DNA of 64,000 bases, taken from NCBI GenBank assembly GCA_963813535.1, contig CAWEZH010000002.1:288001-352000 (forward strand), read 5' to 3'. The DNA comes from an uncultured Chloroflexia bacterium. GTDB taxonomy: Bacteria > Chloroflexota > Limnocylindria > Limnocylindrales > CSP1-4. The position numbers and the translations under genes are program-made. The notes under the pieces were generated by a model. It was given only the letters and a program-made list of their open reading frames with translations, was not told the origin of the DNA and did no database searches. Below are positions 1 through 10,413 of the stretch, piece after piece (the stretch's first letter is position 1; each line of letters starts with the position of its first letter).

Positions 1-222
1 CTTGCGTCGCCCGAGCCGCTGCTTGGTGACCAGGCCGGCACGCTCGAGGACGGCCACGTGCTTTTGGACCGCAGCGAAGCTCATCGGGTAGTGGCCGGCC
101 AGCTCGGCCACGCCCTCCTCACCATCGATCGCGCGGCGGACGATGTCGCGCCGCGTCGGATCGGCGAGAGCGCCGAACATGCGATCGAAGTCGGGAGGGA
201 TGACCTGCATGGATACAACCAT
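1..222 (-). CDS. ArsR/SmtB family transcriptional regulator (partial, runs off window start)
   Basis: Manual translation gives MVVSMQVIPPDFDRMFGALADPTRRDIV...MSFAAVQKHVAVLERAGLV, with the ArsR motifs ALADPTR and KHVAVLERAGLV. Not in the ORF track because it is truncated. Confidence 0.9.
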   Translation of the reverse strand, partial: MVVSMQVIPPDFDRMFGALADPTRRDIVRRAIDGEEGVAELAGHYPMSFAAVQKHVAVLERAGLVTKQRLGRRK

Positions 223-233
223 ACGGTTGTATC
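212..233. promoter_or_regulatory. Palindromic operator, probably ArsR autoregulation
   Basis: Perfect inverted repeat GATACAACC-N4-GGTTGTATC overlapping the ArsR start. Confidence 0.75.
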
Positions 234-261
234 AACTGGACGTCAAGTCCGGGGCGATGTC

Positions 262-1134
262 CTACGGGCGGCCGGCGCCCGGGGCCGGCGCCGGGATGGC
301 GAGCACCTGACCTTGGGCGGACCCATCGCTCTCGCCGGCGGGATCACCCCACGCGTTCGTGACGAGGAACAGGGTCCGCCGATCCGGACCCCCGAGCATC
401 GCGGCGAAGCAGCCGCGGTCGAGCTCGATGGCCTGAAGGACGTCTCCTCCTTCGCGTACCCGCACGGCACGATGGCTCCCGACATCCCCGTACCAGACGG
501 CGCCCTCCGCATCGAGGCAGATGCCATCGGGATGGTCCTCGACGTCGGCCCACGTCCGCCGTCCACTGAGCGTCCCATCCGCCGCCACGTCGAAGGCCGT
601 CAATCGGTTGCCGTAGGACTCCGCCACGATGAGCGTCGCGTCGTCCGTGGTCACGACCATCCCGTTGGGGAACATCACGCCGTCCGCGACCTCTCGGACG
701 TTGCCGTCGGGTGTCACGAGGGTGATCGTGCCTGGCGCGACCTCACCCTCCGGGAAGTCGAAGCCGATGTTGTTGACGTAGGCGTTTCCGCGACCGTCGA
801 CGACGATGTCGTTCCAGGGGTGCGCGCTGACGCCGGACAGGTCGGCATGGGTCACCAGCGACCCGTCGGGCTCCTGGCGCAGGATGCGTTGCTGGCTGGA
901 CGCGACGATGAGCAGTCGGCCGTCGGGCAGATGGTCGATACACATGGGGAAGGACTCGACGCTCGCGACGACCTCGCTCGTGCCGGGCTGGCCATGGCCG
1001 TCGATACTCAGGGCGATGACCTGGCCCGCGCCCCAGTCGGATACCCATAGACGGCCATCGCGCCACCGGGGTGACTCCGGGAACGCAAGACCGCTCAGCA
1101 CCACCTGCGGCTGGGCCGGATGCTCGATGCTCAT
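262..1134 (-). CDS. SMP-30/gluconolactonase/LRE family protein
   Basis: Motifs FPESPRW, NDIVVD, PNGM and PDGICLDAEG. SD AAGGAGG before ATG 1134. Confidence 0.9.
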   Translation of the reverse strand: MSIEHPAQPQVVLSGLAFPESPRWRDGRLWVSDWGAGQVIALSIDGHGQPGTSEVVASVESFPMCIDHLPDGRLLIVASSQQRILRQEPDGSLVTHADLSGVSAHPWNDIVVDGRGNAYVNNIGFDFPEGEVAPGTITLVTPDGNVREVADGVMFPNGMVVTTDDATLIVAESYGNRLTAFDVAADGTLSGRRTWADVEDHPDGICLDAEGAVWYGDVGSHRAVRVREGGDVLQAIELDRGCFAAMLGGPDRRTLFLVTNAWGDPAGESDGSAQGQVLAIPAPAPGAGRP

Positions 1135-1199
1135 GGTTCGTCCTCCTTGTCGAGTATCGCTCCGCCGCTCGGATGACACTGCGTCAAGGAGGCGTCCCG

Positions 1200-1838
1200 A
1201 TGATCGATGGGATCTCCGTCGGTGACGACGGGCTGGCCCGCTGCTGGTGGGCGGATGGCGACATGCTCCGTACGTACCACGATGTGGAGTGGGGACGGCC
1301 GGTCGCCGACGACCGGCGACTGTTCGAGAAGGTCTGCCTGGAGGGGTTCCAGTCGGGGCTGAGCTGGCTGACGATCCTGCGCAAGCGAGACGACTTCCGG
1401 CGCGCCTTCGGTGACTTCGACCCAGCGGTCATCGCCGCCTTCGACGAGACCGATGTCGAGCGCCTGATGGCCGACACGGGCATCGTTCGGAACCGCGCGA
1501 AGATCGAGGCGACCATCAACAACGCGCGCCGCTATCCCGACCTGCTGCCCGAGTTCGGCAGTCTGGCCGCTTACCTGTGGAGCTTCGAGCCCGGTTCGGA
1601 TGCGCGTCCCGCGGTGATGGATCAGGCGACATTGGCGACCATGGCCGTCAGCCCTGAGTCGAAGGCGATGAGCAAGGACCTGCGCAAGCGTGGCTGGGCG
1701 TTCGTCGGTCCCACCACGGCGTACGCCGCGATGCAAGCGATGGGCATCGTCAACGACCACCTCGACGCCTGTCACGTCCGTCGGGAGGTCGAGGCGGAAC
1801 GGGGCGCGTTCGAGCGGCCTCGGCCTGCGTCGCGCTAG
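1200..1838 (+). CDS. tag: DNA-3-methyladenine glycosylase I
   Basis: YHDVEWG, LEGFQSGLSWLTILRKR, IVRNRAKI and NDH..C motifs. SD AAGGAGG. Confidence 0.95.
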   Translation: MIDGISVGDDGLARCWWADGDMLRTYHDVEWGRPVADDRRLFEKVCLEGFQSGLSWLTILRKRDDFRRAFGDFDPAVIAAFDETDVERLMADTGIVRNRAKIEATINNARRYPDLLPEFGSLAAYLWSFEPGSDARPAVMDQATLATMAVSPESKAMSKDLRKRGWAFVGPTTAYAAMQAMGIVNDHLDACHVRREVEAERGAFERPRPASR

Positions 1839-1858
1839 GGATACCTATCATCTACGGC

Positions 1859-2221
1859 GTGACACCCGATCCGAGGGTCGACGCGTACCTGGCGGGCCTG
1901 CCCGCCGACCAGCGCGACCTGTTGCAGGACCTTCGTGAACACCTCGCCGGGCTCGTCCCAGACGCCGCCGAGACCATCAGCTACGGGATGCCGGCGCTCA
2001 AGCTGGGCGGTCGGTTCTTCGTGTCATATGCGGGCTGGAAGGCGCATTGCAGCCTCTACCCGTTGACGGATTCGTTCATGGAGTCGCACGCGTCCGAGAT
2101 CGACGGGTTCGACCGTACGAAAGGCAGCATCCATTTCACGCCCACGCATCCGCTGCCGGACGACCTCCTCGCCGCGCTTGTCCGGGCGCGCATCGCCGAT
2201 CTCGAGTCCGGCGGCCGATAG
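1859..2221 (+). CDS. DUF1801/YdhG-like protein
   Basis: VDAYLA...ETISYGMP...H.SLYP...KGSIHF....PLP pattern. Confidence 0.85.
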   Translation: MTPDPRVDAYLAGLPADQRDLLQDLREHLAGLVPDAAETISYGMPALKLGGRFFVSYAGWKAHCSLYPLTDSFMESHASEIDGFDRTKGSIHFTPTHPLPDDLLAALVRARIADLESGGR

Positions 2222-2276
2222 TCGGAACGCCGCTGGTGACCGCGCAGATCCGTTCCCGCCCGGCAGGTCGGGTTCG

Positions 2277-2879
2277 TCAGTCCCGGTCGCTCAGGTGGCA
2301 GGCCTCGTTCCAGGTCTCGATCACGGGGTTGGCCCGTTCCCAGCCGAGGACCCCGATCGTCGCCGTCCCGAGCGCGAAGTGGGCGCCGTCGCTCGGTCGC
2401 AGCCCGAGCCAACGCGCCGCCAGCACGCGCAGCACGTGCCCGTGTGCGAACAACAAGGCGTCGCCGGCGACCGACGCGTCCAGGCAGCGCGCGAGGACGC
2501 GGTCGACACGGGCGCCGACCTCATCGGCCGTCTCGCCGCCGCGCCACGGCCCGTCCCAGATCGTCCACCCCGGAAGGGCCTCGCGGATCTCGTCGGTCGT
2601 CCGGCCCTCGAGGTCGCCGTAGTCCCATTCCATGAGGTCGTCGTCGGGCAGCGCACGATCGAAGCCGGCAAGCTCCGCGGTCTCGGTGGCGCGCGACAGC
2701 GGGCTCGTCAGCACGAGCGCGAATGGATGATCCCGCAGCCGGCTCCCCAGCTCGACCGCCTGCCGCCGACCGACGTCGGTCAGCGGGATGTCGGTGCGCC
2801 CGGTGTGCTGCCCGGACCGCGACCACTCGGTCTCGCCGTGGCGGACGATGTGGATCTGCCGTTCCGGCTCGCCGCTCAT
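2277..2879 (-). CDS. Histidine phosphatase (phosphoglycerate mutase family)
   Basis: RHGETEW, SPLSRA, EWDYG and AHG motifs. Confidence 0.93.
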   Translation of the reverse strand: MSGEPERQIHIVRHGETEWSRSGQHTGRTDIPLTDVGRRQAVELGSRLRDHPFALVLTSPLSRATETAELAGFDRALPDDDLMEWDYGDLEGRTTDEIREALPGWTIWDGPWRGGETADEVGARVDRVLARCLDASVAGDALLFAHGHVLRVLAARWLGLRPSDGAHFALGTATIGVLGWERANPVIETWNEACHLSDRD

Positions 2880-3442
2880 AGCTCTGTCGCGGGACGTGCC
2901 AGCTCATCGGGTCGTGCGGCGAAGAACGGCCGCTCCCGCCAGCCGAACACGGGCGCCATCAGGGACGTCGGCAGGGTCGTGATGCGGGTGTTGTAGCGGT
3001 AGACCTGGTCGTTGTAGAGCTCGCGACGGTCGGCGATCATCGACTCGAGGCGCTCGATCTCGTTCTGCAGGTCGAGCACATTGCCGTCCGAGCGGACCTG
3101 CGGGTAGGCCTCCACGACGGCGAACAGCGAGCGCACGGCGCGCGAGGTCTCCTCGGCGTGGACCGCCTTGTCGGGGATCGGCTCGGTCGGGGAGTAGGCC
3201 GCACGCGCCCGGGCGACCTCCGTCAGCACGTCCTGCTCGAACGCCATCAGTCCGCGCACCGCCGCGACGAGGGCCGGGAGCTGGTCGTGCCGCTGCTTGA
3301 GGACCACGTCGATGTTCGCCCACGCCTTGTCGATCCGTTGACGGAGCCCCATCACGGCGTTGTACGTCGTGACGACGAGGAACAGGAGGATCGCAAGGAG
3401 CAGGCCGATGGCGAATGCGGCGGCGAGCGACTGTGGGGTCAT
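2876..3442 (-). CDS. lemA: LemA family protein
   Basis: N-terminal TM helix, YN..., AWANIDVVLKQR.D, EAYP, R..YN..V..YN. Confidence 0.93.
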   Translation of the reverse strand: MTPQSLAAAFAIGLLLAILLFLVVTTYNAVMGLRQRIDKAWANIDVVLKQRHDQLPALVAAVRGLMAFEQDVLTEVARARAAYSPTEPIPDKAVHAEETSRAVRSLFAVVEAYPQVRSDGNVLDLQNEIERLESMIADRRELYNDQVYRYNTRITTLPTSLMAPVFGWRERPFFAARPDELARPATEL

Positions 3443-3454
3443 CGTCGTTCGAGC

Positions 3455-4546
3455 CTAAGAGCCCAGCGCAGGCGGCAGCATCAAGGCCAGCGCCATCGCG
3501 GATGCGATCGCCAGGATGGCCCCGAGCAGGCCGACGAGGAATCGACTCTCGTGGCGCTCGACGGCGGCGCCCGGGACGCCGTGCGCGATGAGCAGTGGGA
3601 TACCCGCGCTCGCAAGGATCAGGCTGTCGGGTGCGATCGTGAACCGGCGCTCCGCCTCTGCGGCTTCGCCGGCGGCAGCGAGCGGGAGGACGTTCGCAGC
3701 AGGATCGAGCTCGGGCGCACGCACTGGCTGGCCGATCCCGAATCCCGGGATCGCGGCATTGCCCCAGGCGTCCTCGGGCGTAGGCTCGAGGAGACCCGCC
3801 TGGCGGGCCTCCGCGATGTCCCCGAGCACCTCGGGATCGTCGGCTGCGAGATCCGAGCCGATGGCCACGTCGGCCTCCGTCGGGTCGGCCAGGTCCGAGA
3901 ACGGCAGCGCGCGCCCGACGATCGTGACGGCATCGCCCGGGGTGAGGATCGCCTCGCGGTAACGGCGGCGCTGATCCGAGCTGCCGTACAGACTCCCGGA
4001 CGTCCCGGCCAGCACCGACAGTGCGCTTTCGGACGGCGGGTTCGCGGGCACGGCGAGGAGCGCGGCGATGGCGGCCGCCCGGCCCAGGCCACTACCGGCG
4101 ACGGCCGACCCTGTGCGGAGTCGGAGCCCTGGCGGCTCATCGCCCATGAACCCGGTCGCCTCGTCGAGGACCAGCGGGGCGTCCCATCTCGCTCCGCGCG
4201 GGAACACGCGGATGTCGCCGCTCTCATCTCGGACACGGAAACCCACCGCACGCTCCTCGCGGAAGTCGGCGTCGAGGTCGGTGCCATCGTCCGACCGGTC
4301 GATGCTCGAGCGGTAGTACACGCAGGTCGAGCTCTGCAGCGGCGATACGAGGGTCAGCTCCGCCGGTTCGATCACCCCGCTGATCCGGACCTCACCTGCA
4401 GCGAGGGTCGCGATGCGGGAGGTCGACGTGTCGGCGATCCGGGTCGCATCGCGATACCCGGCCATGCCGCGGACCAGCAGCCACAGCCCGGCGATCAGGC
4501 CCACGACGGCGATGAACGCGACCTGTGGAACGAACTCGACCTGCAT
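3455..4546 (-). CDS. Membrane protein with GIDE-like domain (TM helices at both ends)
   Basis: IADTSTSRI...GEVRISG, SPL...CVYY, F.VRDESG.I.V.P and RYRE..L.PGD.V.IVG motifs. Adjacent to lemA. Confidence 0.7.
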   Translation of the reverse strand: MQVEFVPQVAFIAVVGLIAGLWLLVRGMAGYRDATRIADTSTSRIATLAAGEVRISGVIEPAELTLVSPLQSSTCVYYRSSIDRSDDGTDLDADFREERAVGFRVRDESGDIRVFPRGARWDAPLVLDEATGFMGDEPPGLRLRTGSAVAGSGLGRAAAIAALLAVPANPPSESALSVLAGTSGSLYGSSDQRRRYREAILTPGDAVTIVGRALPFSDLADPTEADVAIGSDLAADDPEVLGDIAEARQAGLLEPTPEDAWGNAAIPGFGIGQPVRAPELDPAANVLPLAAAGEAAEAERRFTIAPDSLILASAGIPLLIAHGVPGAAVERHESRFLVGLLGAILAIASAMALALMLPPALGS

Positions 4547-4743
4547 CCTGCGCATCGTACGAGCCGCGCCGAGTCGCGGAAGCGCCCGCCCGCCGTGTCG
4601 ACCGCGTGACCTGGGACGCGACGCCCCTGTGCTAGCCTCGGCCACAGGCCTGTATCCCAGCACCGACACCGGGGAGGACCCATGCGCCCGAGCGAATGGG
4701 ACGAGCGCGCAGCCCGAGCCACGTTCGACCTCCAGGCGCTGAG

Positions 4744-5538
4744 ATGAGCGCGCGCGCCGACACCTCGTCGCGGTCCGAGCCGGCCCCGAACATCCACCCG
4801 GTCCGCAGGACGATCCGCTACTACCTCTCGCGCATCGTCGTCTCGGTCATCACCCGCGCCTGGGTTCGGTTCGACGTCGAGGGCCGCGATCTCCTGCCCG
4901 GCACCCCGGCGATCTACGCCTTCAACCACCTCTCCTGGGCGGACCCCTTCGTCCTCATGGCGACCATGCCGCTCAAGCCGCGCCTGTCGTTCTTCGGGCC
5001 GCGCGAAGAGGATATGCGGGCCGGAGGGCGCAACCGAGTGATGCTGTGGACGGGCAGCGCCATCCCATACAAGCCCGGCAAGAACGACCTGCTGGAGGCG
5101 ACGCGGCGGGTCGGTGCCGTCATGGCCAATGGCGGCGTCCTGGCCATCGCGGGGGAGGGGCGCATCGGCGCTCTCGAGGACCGGGTGCTGCCGCTCAATG
5201 ACGGGCCGGCCTATTTCGCGCTTCGCTCACGGGTCCCGCTGGTCCCGATCGCGATCAACGGGACGAGTTGGCTGCGCTTCGGTGCGCGCGTCCGCATCCG
5301 GATCGGCGAGCCGATCGTGGGCCAGGGCAGACCGGATCGCGCTGCGGTCGAGGCGATGACCGCGATGCTCGCCGAGCGCCTCGAGGCGATGCTCGACGGG
5401 GCGCCCACGCCCGACCGAGCGGGCAGGATCGCAGCCTGGGTCACCGACCGCTTCAACGAGTGGCCGGAAGGGTCCCGCGAAGCGGCGCTCGAGGCGCAGC
5501 TCGCCGCCATCCCGCCCGAACGCGCCGAAGCCGTCTGA
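4744..5538 (+). CDS. plsC: Lysophospholipid acyltransferase (PlsC family)
   Basis: NHLSWAD motif, EGR and VPLVPIAING. Confidence 0.85.
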   Translation: MSARADTSSRSEPAPNIHPVRRTIRYYLSRIVVSVITRAWVRFDVEGRDLLPGTPAIYAFNHLSWADPFVLMATMPLKPRLSFFGPREEDMRAGGRNRVMLWTGSAIPYKPGKNDLLEATRRVGAVMANGGVLAIAGEGRIGALEDRVLPLNDGPAYFALRSRVPLVPIAINGTSWLRFGARVRIRIGEPIVGQGRPDRAAVEAMTAMLAERLEAMLDGAPTPDRAGRIAAWVTDRFNEWPEGSREAALEAQLAAIPPERAEAV

Positions 5539-5614
5539 CCCCGACCGGGCCTGAGCCACGGGCGCCGGGGTGTCTCTGGCATACTCGGTGGACCAGACCA
5601 GCGCAGGGAGAACC

Positions 5615-5980
5615 GTGCCAGCGACCGGCCTTTCCGCCGACCCCGAGGAGTACCGGGCGCGTCTCGCCGAGCAGTCGGACGAGCAGATCGACACCTGGGC
5701 GGCCGAACTCATGCGTGACGTCGCAAAGCGGCGCGGCGTGATCCGTGTCCTGTCGGATCTTCGCACGGCCGCCCGGCTGAGCGAGAGCGATATCGAACGA
5801 GTGTTCGCATCGGGGAATGGGCCGATGGCGAGCGTGGGGCGCGATGCCCAGGGCCGCCAGATGATCCCGGCGGTGGCCCTGTACCCGTTGGTCGCGGGCA
5901 TCCGCGCCGAGACGGACGACGGTCGCAAGCGCCTGATCGACTACCTGGTCGAGAACTTCCACGAGCTCGTCTACGTCTGA
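5615..5980 (+). CDS. Hypothetical protein
   Basis: GC-rich third codon positions, SD AGGGAG before GTG 5615, lies between plsC and the UbiA gene. Confidence 0.75.
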   Translation: MPATGLSADPEEYRARLAEQSDEQIDTWAAELMRDVAKRRGVIRVLSDLRTAARLSESDIERVFASGNGPMASVGRDAQGRQMIPAVALYPLVAGIRAETDDGRKRLIDYLVENFHELVYV

Positions 5981-6824
5981 TCGACCCGTCGAGCGACTCG
6001 CGGGGCTGATCCGGCTCGTCCATCCCTTCCCATCGGTCCTCGACGGTATCGTCGTCGCCGCAGTCGCGCTGCTCGCCGGGGGAGCGCCGGCTGTCGCCGT
6101 GCGTCTCGGGCTCTCGATGGTGTTCCTGCAATTCGCGATCGGCGCCCTCAATGACATCGTCGATGCGACCGCCGATGCCGGGCGTGTCCCGCCCAAGCCG
6201 ATCCCGGGCGGGATCGTCACGACCGCCCAAGCCCGGGTGGTCGTGGTGGCCGCCGGGGCGATCGGATTGGCCCTGGCCGCCCCGTCTGGTCCAGCGCTGC
6301 TCGTGCTGGGCGTCATCGTCCTCACGGTCGGTGCCGCCTACGACCTGTTCGCCAAGGGCACCGCCTGGTCGTGGCTGCCCTTTGCGGTCGGGATCCCGCT
6401 GCTGCCGGTCTTCGGCGCCGTTGGCGCGACCGGCTCCGTGCCGGGGTCCTTCGCGATCCTGGTCCCGATGGCGGTCCTGGCAGGCGCCGGGTTGGCGGTC
6501 GCCAATGCGCGCGCCGACCTCGATGTCGATGCGGCCGCCGGCACCACGTCGGTCGCGACGCGGCTGGGGCCGCGATGGTCATGGTGGGTCGACCTGGCCC
6601 TCCTGGGCGGGGCGACCGTCCTTGGCTTCACCGTCGTGGGCCGGTCCGGTTGGTCGGCGCCGACGATCGGGCTGGTGATCGTCGGCACGGTCCTCGTCGG
6701 TGCCGGGCTCCTGCTCGGACGGCGAGCGGCCCCGGACGCGCGACGCCGAGCGTGGGAGGTCCAGGCGATCGGGGCGGCGATCGCGGCGACGGGCTGGGTC
6801 GCGGGGATGATCCCCGGACCCTAG
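5973..6824 (+). CDS. UbiA family prenyltransferase (start codon uncertain, possibly non-canonical)
   Basis: NDIVDATAD...KPIPGG and NARADLDVD...GTTSV Asp-rich motifs, many TM helices. LIRLVHP lies upstream of the first canonical start at 6099. Confidence 0.85.
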   Translation, partial: TSDRPVERLAGLIRLVHPFPSVLDGIVVAAVALLAGGAPAVAVRLGLSMVFLQFAIGALNDIVDATADAGRVPPKPIPGGIVTTAQARVVVVAAGAIGLALAAPSGPALLVLGVIVLTVGAAYDLFAKGTAWSWLPFAVGIPLLPVFGAVGATGSVPGSFAILVPMAVLAGAGLAVANARADLDVDAAAGTTSVATRLGPRWSWWVDLALLGGATVLGFTVVGRSGWSAPTIGLVIVGTVLVGAGLLLGRRAAPDARRRAWEVQAIGAAIAATGWVAGMIPGP

Positions 6825-6848
6825 GCCTCCGTCAGTACTCGACTTGTG

Positions 6849-7893
6849 TCAGTCGAAGTCGCCCGAGCGGACCAGGGCGATCGCGTTCTCGAGCCGAAGC
6901 TTCGAGATCGTCAGGTACTTGGCCAGGTTGTCACGGTCGACATCCGCGATCGAGCGGACCGCGTCAGGGGACCGGAGCACGTCGACGAGCTCATCGAGCG
7001 CCTCGGCCAGGGACACCTTCGCATTGACCAGCGAGTCCTCGCTGAGCGGTCGTCGCGAGCGGTCCTGCCGTTCGGGCTCAAGCTCATCGTCAGGCTCCAC
7101 CTCGACGACCATCACGGCCGTCGGCTCCCGTTCGACGTCCAGATCCAGATCGAGATCGCCCGACGGTGCCGCCCCGTTCCCGTCCACGACCGGCTGCGGC
7201 GAACGAGCGCGGCGGCCTTCGATCTTGTCCCGCAGCTTGATGAGCGTCAGCTCTCCGCGAGCGACCTGGTCCGCCAGCCGGCGGCGTCGCTTCGGATCCT
7301 CGACCTTCATCAACTCGTACGCGTGCGAGAGCGTGTCTTTGCGCAAGGACACCAGCTCCCGCACCTCGTCGGGAGCGTCTGCGAGTCGCAGGCGGTTCTC
7401 GACGTAGCCCTTGTCCTTGCCAAGCTTGTCGGCAAGCTTGCGGATGCTGTAGCCGTGCTCGGTGACCATGCGGTCGAACATGGCCGCCTCGTCCAAGGCC
7501 GAGATGTCCTCGCGCTGCAGGTTCTCGATGATCGAGATCTCCAGCGCCGTGTCGTCGTCGATGTCCTCGATCAGGGCGGGGATCGATTCGAGGCCGGCCT
7601 GCTGCGACGCGCGCCAGCGGCGCTCACCGGCGATCAGCTGGTAGGTGTTGGGCCCGACCGGCCGGACCAGGATGGGCTGGAGCACGCCGTGTTCCCGGAT
7701 GGACGCGGCCAGTTCATCGAGCGCCTCCTGGTTCATGGCCAGTCGAGGCTGTTCGGGGTTCTGCTCGATGTGATCGAGCGGTACGATCCGGACACCGACG
7801 CTCCGCGTCGGGCTATCGGGCGAGAGCAGGCTGACGATGACGGGGGAGAGCTCTCGCTCCTCGGACAGGCGACGCGCGGCCGCCGCTCGGAAA

Positions 7894-7907
<14 letters not shown>
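6849..7907 (-). CDS. parB: ParB/Spo0J family partition protein
   Basis: [32 protein letters not shown] (CTPase motif), ENLQRED and HTH. TTG start with SD GAGGTGG. Confidence 0.95.
7333..7352. repeat. Palindrome copy 1 (candidate parS), inside parB
   Basis: GTGTCTTTGCGCAAGGACAC, a 20-bp palindrome with 1 mismatch. Confidence 0.8.
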
Positions 7908-8664
<757 letters not shown>

Positions 8665-8760
8665 GGGGGCATCACCTCGAAATCGATCGGCCCGATACAT
8701 GACGGGGACGGGCGGACGTCGGGACACTCTACTCCAGCGTTCGACGTCGCGGGGACCCGG

Positions 8761-8803
8761 TTATCCACACGCGACGCGAGTTGTTCACCATTTCGGTGGA
8801 TAA
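8761..8803. promoter_or_regulatory. Inverted pair of DnaA boxes in the parA/pccB divergent promoter region
   Basis: TTATCCACA (8761-8769, perfect) and GGTGGATAA (8795-8803, reverse complement TTATCCACC). Confidence 0.7.
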
Positions 8804-8822
8804 CTGGGACCGTATGATGGCG

Positions 8823-8844
8823 GCTGTCCTTGCGCAAAGACAGC
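8823..8844. repeat. Palindrome copy 2 (candidate parS), intergenic
   Basis: GCTGTCCTTGCGCAAAGACAGC. Its 18-bp core is the exact reverse complement of the core of copy 1. Confidence 0.8.
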
Positions 8845-8868
8845 ACTATTTCGCGGAGGTCGAACCGC

Positions 8869-10413
8869 TTGTCGACGAATGAACGACGTTTGGCACGACT
8901 CGACGCGATGCGCGACGAGGCTCGCATGGGTGGCGGCCAGGAACGCATCGATCAGCAGCACGCGCGCGGAAAGTTGACGGCGCGTGAGCGGATCGACCTC
9001 CTCCTCGACGCCGGATCGTTCGTCGAGCTCGACGCCTTCGTCACGAATCGGAACCCGGCGGTGGAAACCGCGTATCTCGGCGACGGGGTCGTGACCGGCC
9101 ACGGCAAGATCGACGGCCGAACGGTCTTCGTCTTCAGCCAGGACTTCACGGTCTTCGGTGGATCGCTGTCCGAGGCATACGCCGAGAAGATCTGCAAGGT
9201 CATGGATCTGGCGATGAACGTCGGCGCGCCGATCATCGGCCTCAACGACTCCGGCGGGGCCCGGATACAGGAAGGCGTCGTCTCGCTCGGTGGGTACGCC
9301 GATATCTTCCTGCGCAACACGCTCGCGTCTGGCGTCGTCCCGCAGTTCTCGGTGATCCTCGGACCGTGCGCCGGGGGAGCGGTCTATTCCCCGGCCATCA
9401 CCGACTTCACGATCATGGTCGAGGGGACGAGCTACATGTTCGTGACCGGGCCGAATGTCGTGAAGGCCGTTACCCACGAAGAGGTCGATGCTGAGACGCT
9501 CGGTGGCGCGACCGTCCATACGACACGGAGTGGCGTGGCGCACCTGGCCGCCCACGATGAAGCCGAGGCCCTGTCCGCCACTCGCCGGCTCCTCGGGTTC
9601 CTGCCGCAGAACAATGTGACCGATCCACCGCTCGTCGCGACATCCGATCCGGGTGACCGCCGCGACGTGGCTCTCGACACGATCGTCCCGGACGATCCCT
9701 CGAAGCCCTACGACATGCACGGCGTCATCGACGGCATCGTCGATGACGGCGCCTTCATGGAGATCCAGCCCGGCTGGGCCCAGAACATCATCACGGGCTT
9801 CGCGCGTCTGGGCGGGCGGAGCGTCGGGATCGTCGCCCAGCAACCGGCGGTCCTCGCCGGTGCGCTGGATATCGACGCATCGACGAAGGCGGCGAGATTC
9901 GTCCGGACCTGTGACTGCTTCAACGTGCCGCTGCTGACGCTCGTCGACGTGCCGGGGTTCATGCCTGGCGTCACCCAGGAACACGGCGGGATCATCCGCC
10001 ACGGAGCCAAGCTGCTGTACGCCTATTGCGAGGCGACGGTGCCGAAGCTCACTGTCATCACCCGCAAGGCGTACGGCGGTGCCTACGACGTCATGTCGAG
10101 CAAGCATGTCCGCGGCGACCTCAACCTCGCCTGGCCGACAGCCGAGATCGCGGTGATGGGGGCGGAGGGCGCGGTCAACATCCTGTATCGCGACGAGATC
10201 GCGGCGGCTTCGGACCCGGATGAGGCTCGGGCACGGTTCGTCGATGAGTACGAAGAGCGTTTCGCGAATCCATATGTGGCGGCTGCGCGTGGCTATGTCG
10301 ACGACGTGATCAAGCCATCCGAGACACGACCGCGGTTGATCGCCGCGCTGGAGATGCTCGCCGACAAGCGCGACACCAACCCGCCGAAGAAGCACGGCAA
10401 CATCCCGCTGTGA
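8869..10413 (+). CDS. pccB: Acyl-CoA (propionyl-CoA) carboxylase carboxyltransferase subunit
   Basis: [31 protein letters not shown] and C-terminal [13 protein letters not shown] start with SD GGAGGT. Confidence 0.93.
   Translation: MSTNERRLARLDAMRDEARMGGGQERIDQQHARGKLTARERIDLLLDAGSFVELDAFVTNRNPAVETAYLGDGVVTGHGKIDGRTVFVFSQDFTVFGGSLSEAYAEKICKVMDLAMNVGAPIIGLNDSGGARIQEGVVSLGGYADIFLRNTLASGVVPQFSVILGPCAGGAVYSPAITDFTIMVEGTSYMFVTGPNVVKAVTHEEVDAETLGGATVHTTRSGVAHLAAHDEAEALSATRRLLGFLPQNNVTDPPLVATSDPGDRRDVALDTIVPDDPSKPYDMHGVIDGIVDDGAFMEIQPGWAQNIITGFARLGGRSVGIVAQQPAVLAGALDIDASTKAARFVRTCDCFNVPLLTLVDVPGFMPGVTQEHGGIIRHGAKLLYAYCEATVPKLTVITRKAYGGAYDVMSSKHVRGDLNLAWPTAEIAVMGAEGAVNILYRDEIAAASDPDEARARFVDEYEERFANPYVAAARGYVDDVIKPSETRPRLIAALEMLADKRDTNPPKKHGNIPL

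Noticed and set aside
7412-7420. Extra half-site TGTCCTTGC in parB
   Set aside because: Half-site only, explained by the GKDK codons.
8700-8870. Possible replication origin at the DnaA boxes
   Set aside because: Only two good boxes, no AT-rich unwinding element and no dnaA/dnaN nearby.
8785-10395. Long antisense ORFs (also 58-1050, 10293-11915, 29806-31368, 31672-33744, 45354-46937 and many more)
   Set aside because: Shadow ORFs of well-supported genes, expected in high-GC DNA, with no recognisable motifs.
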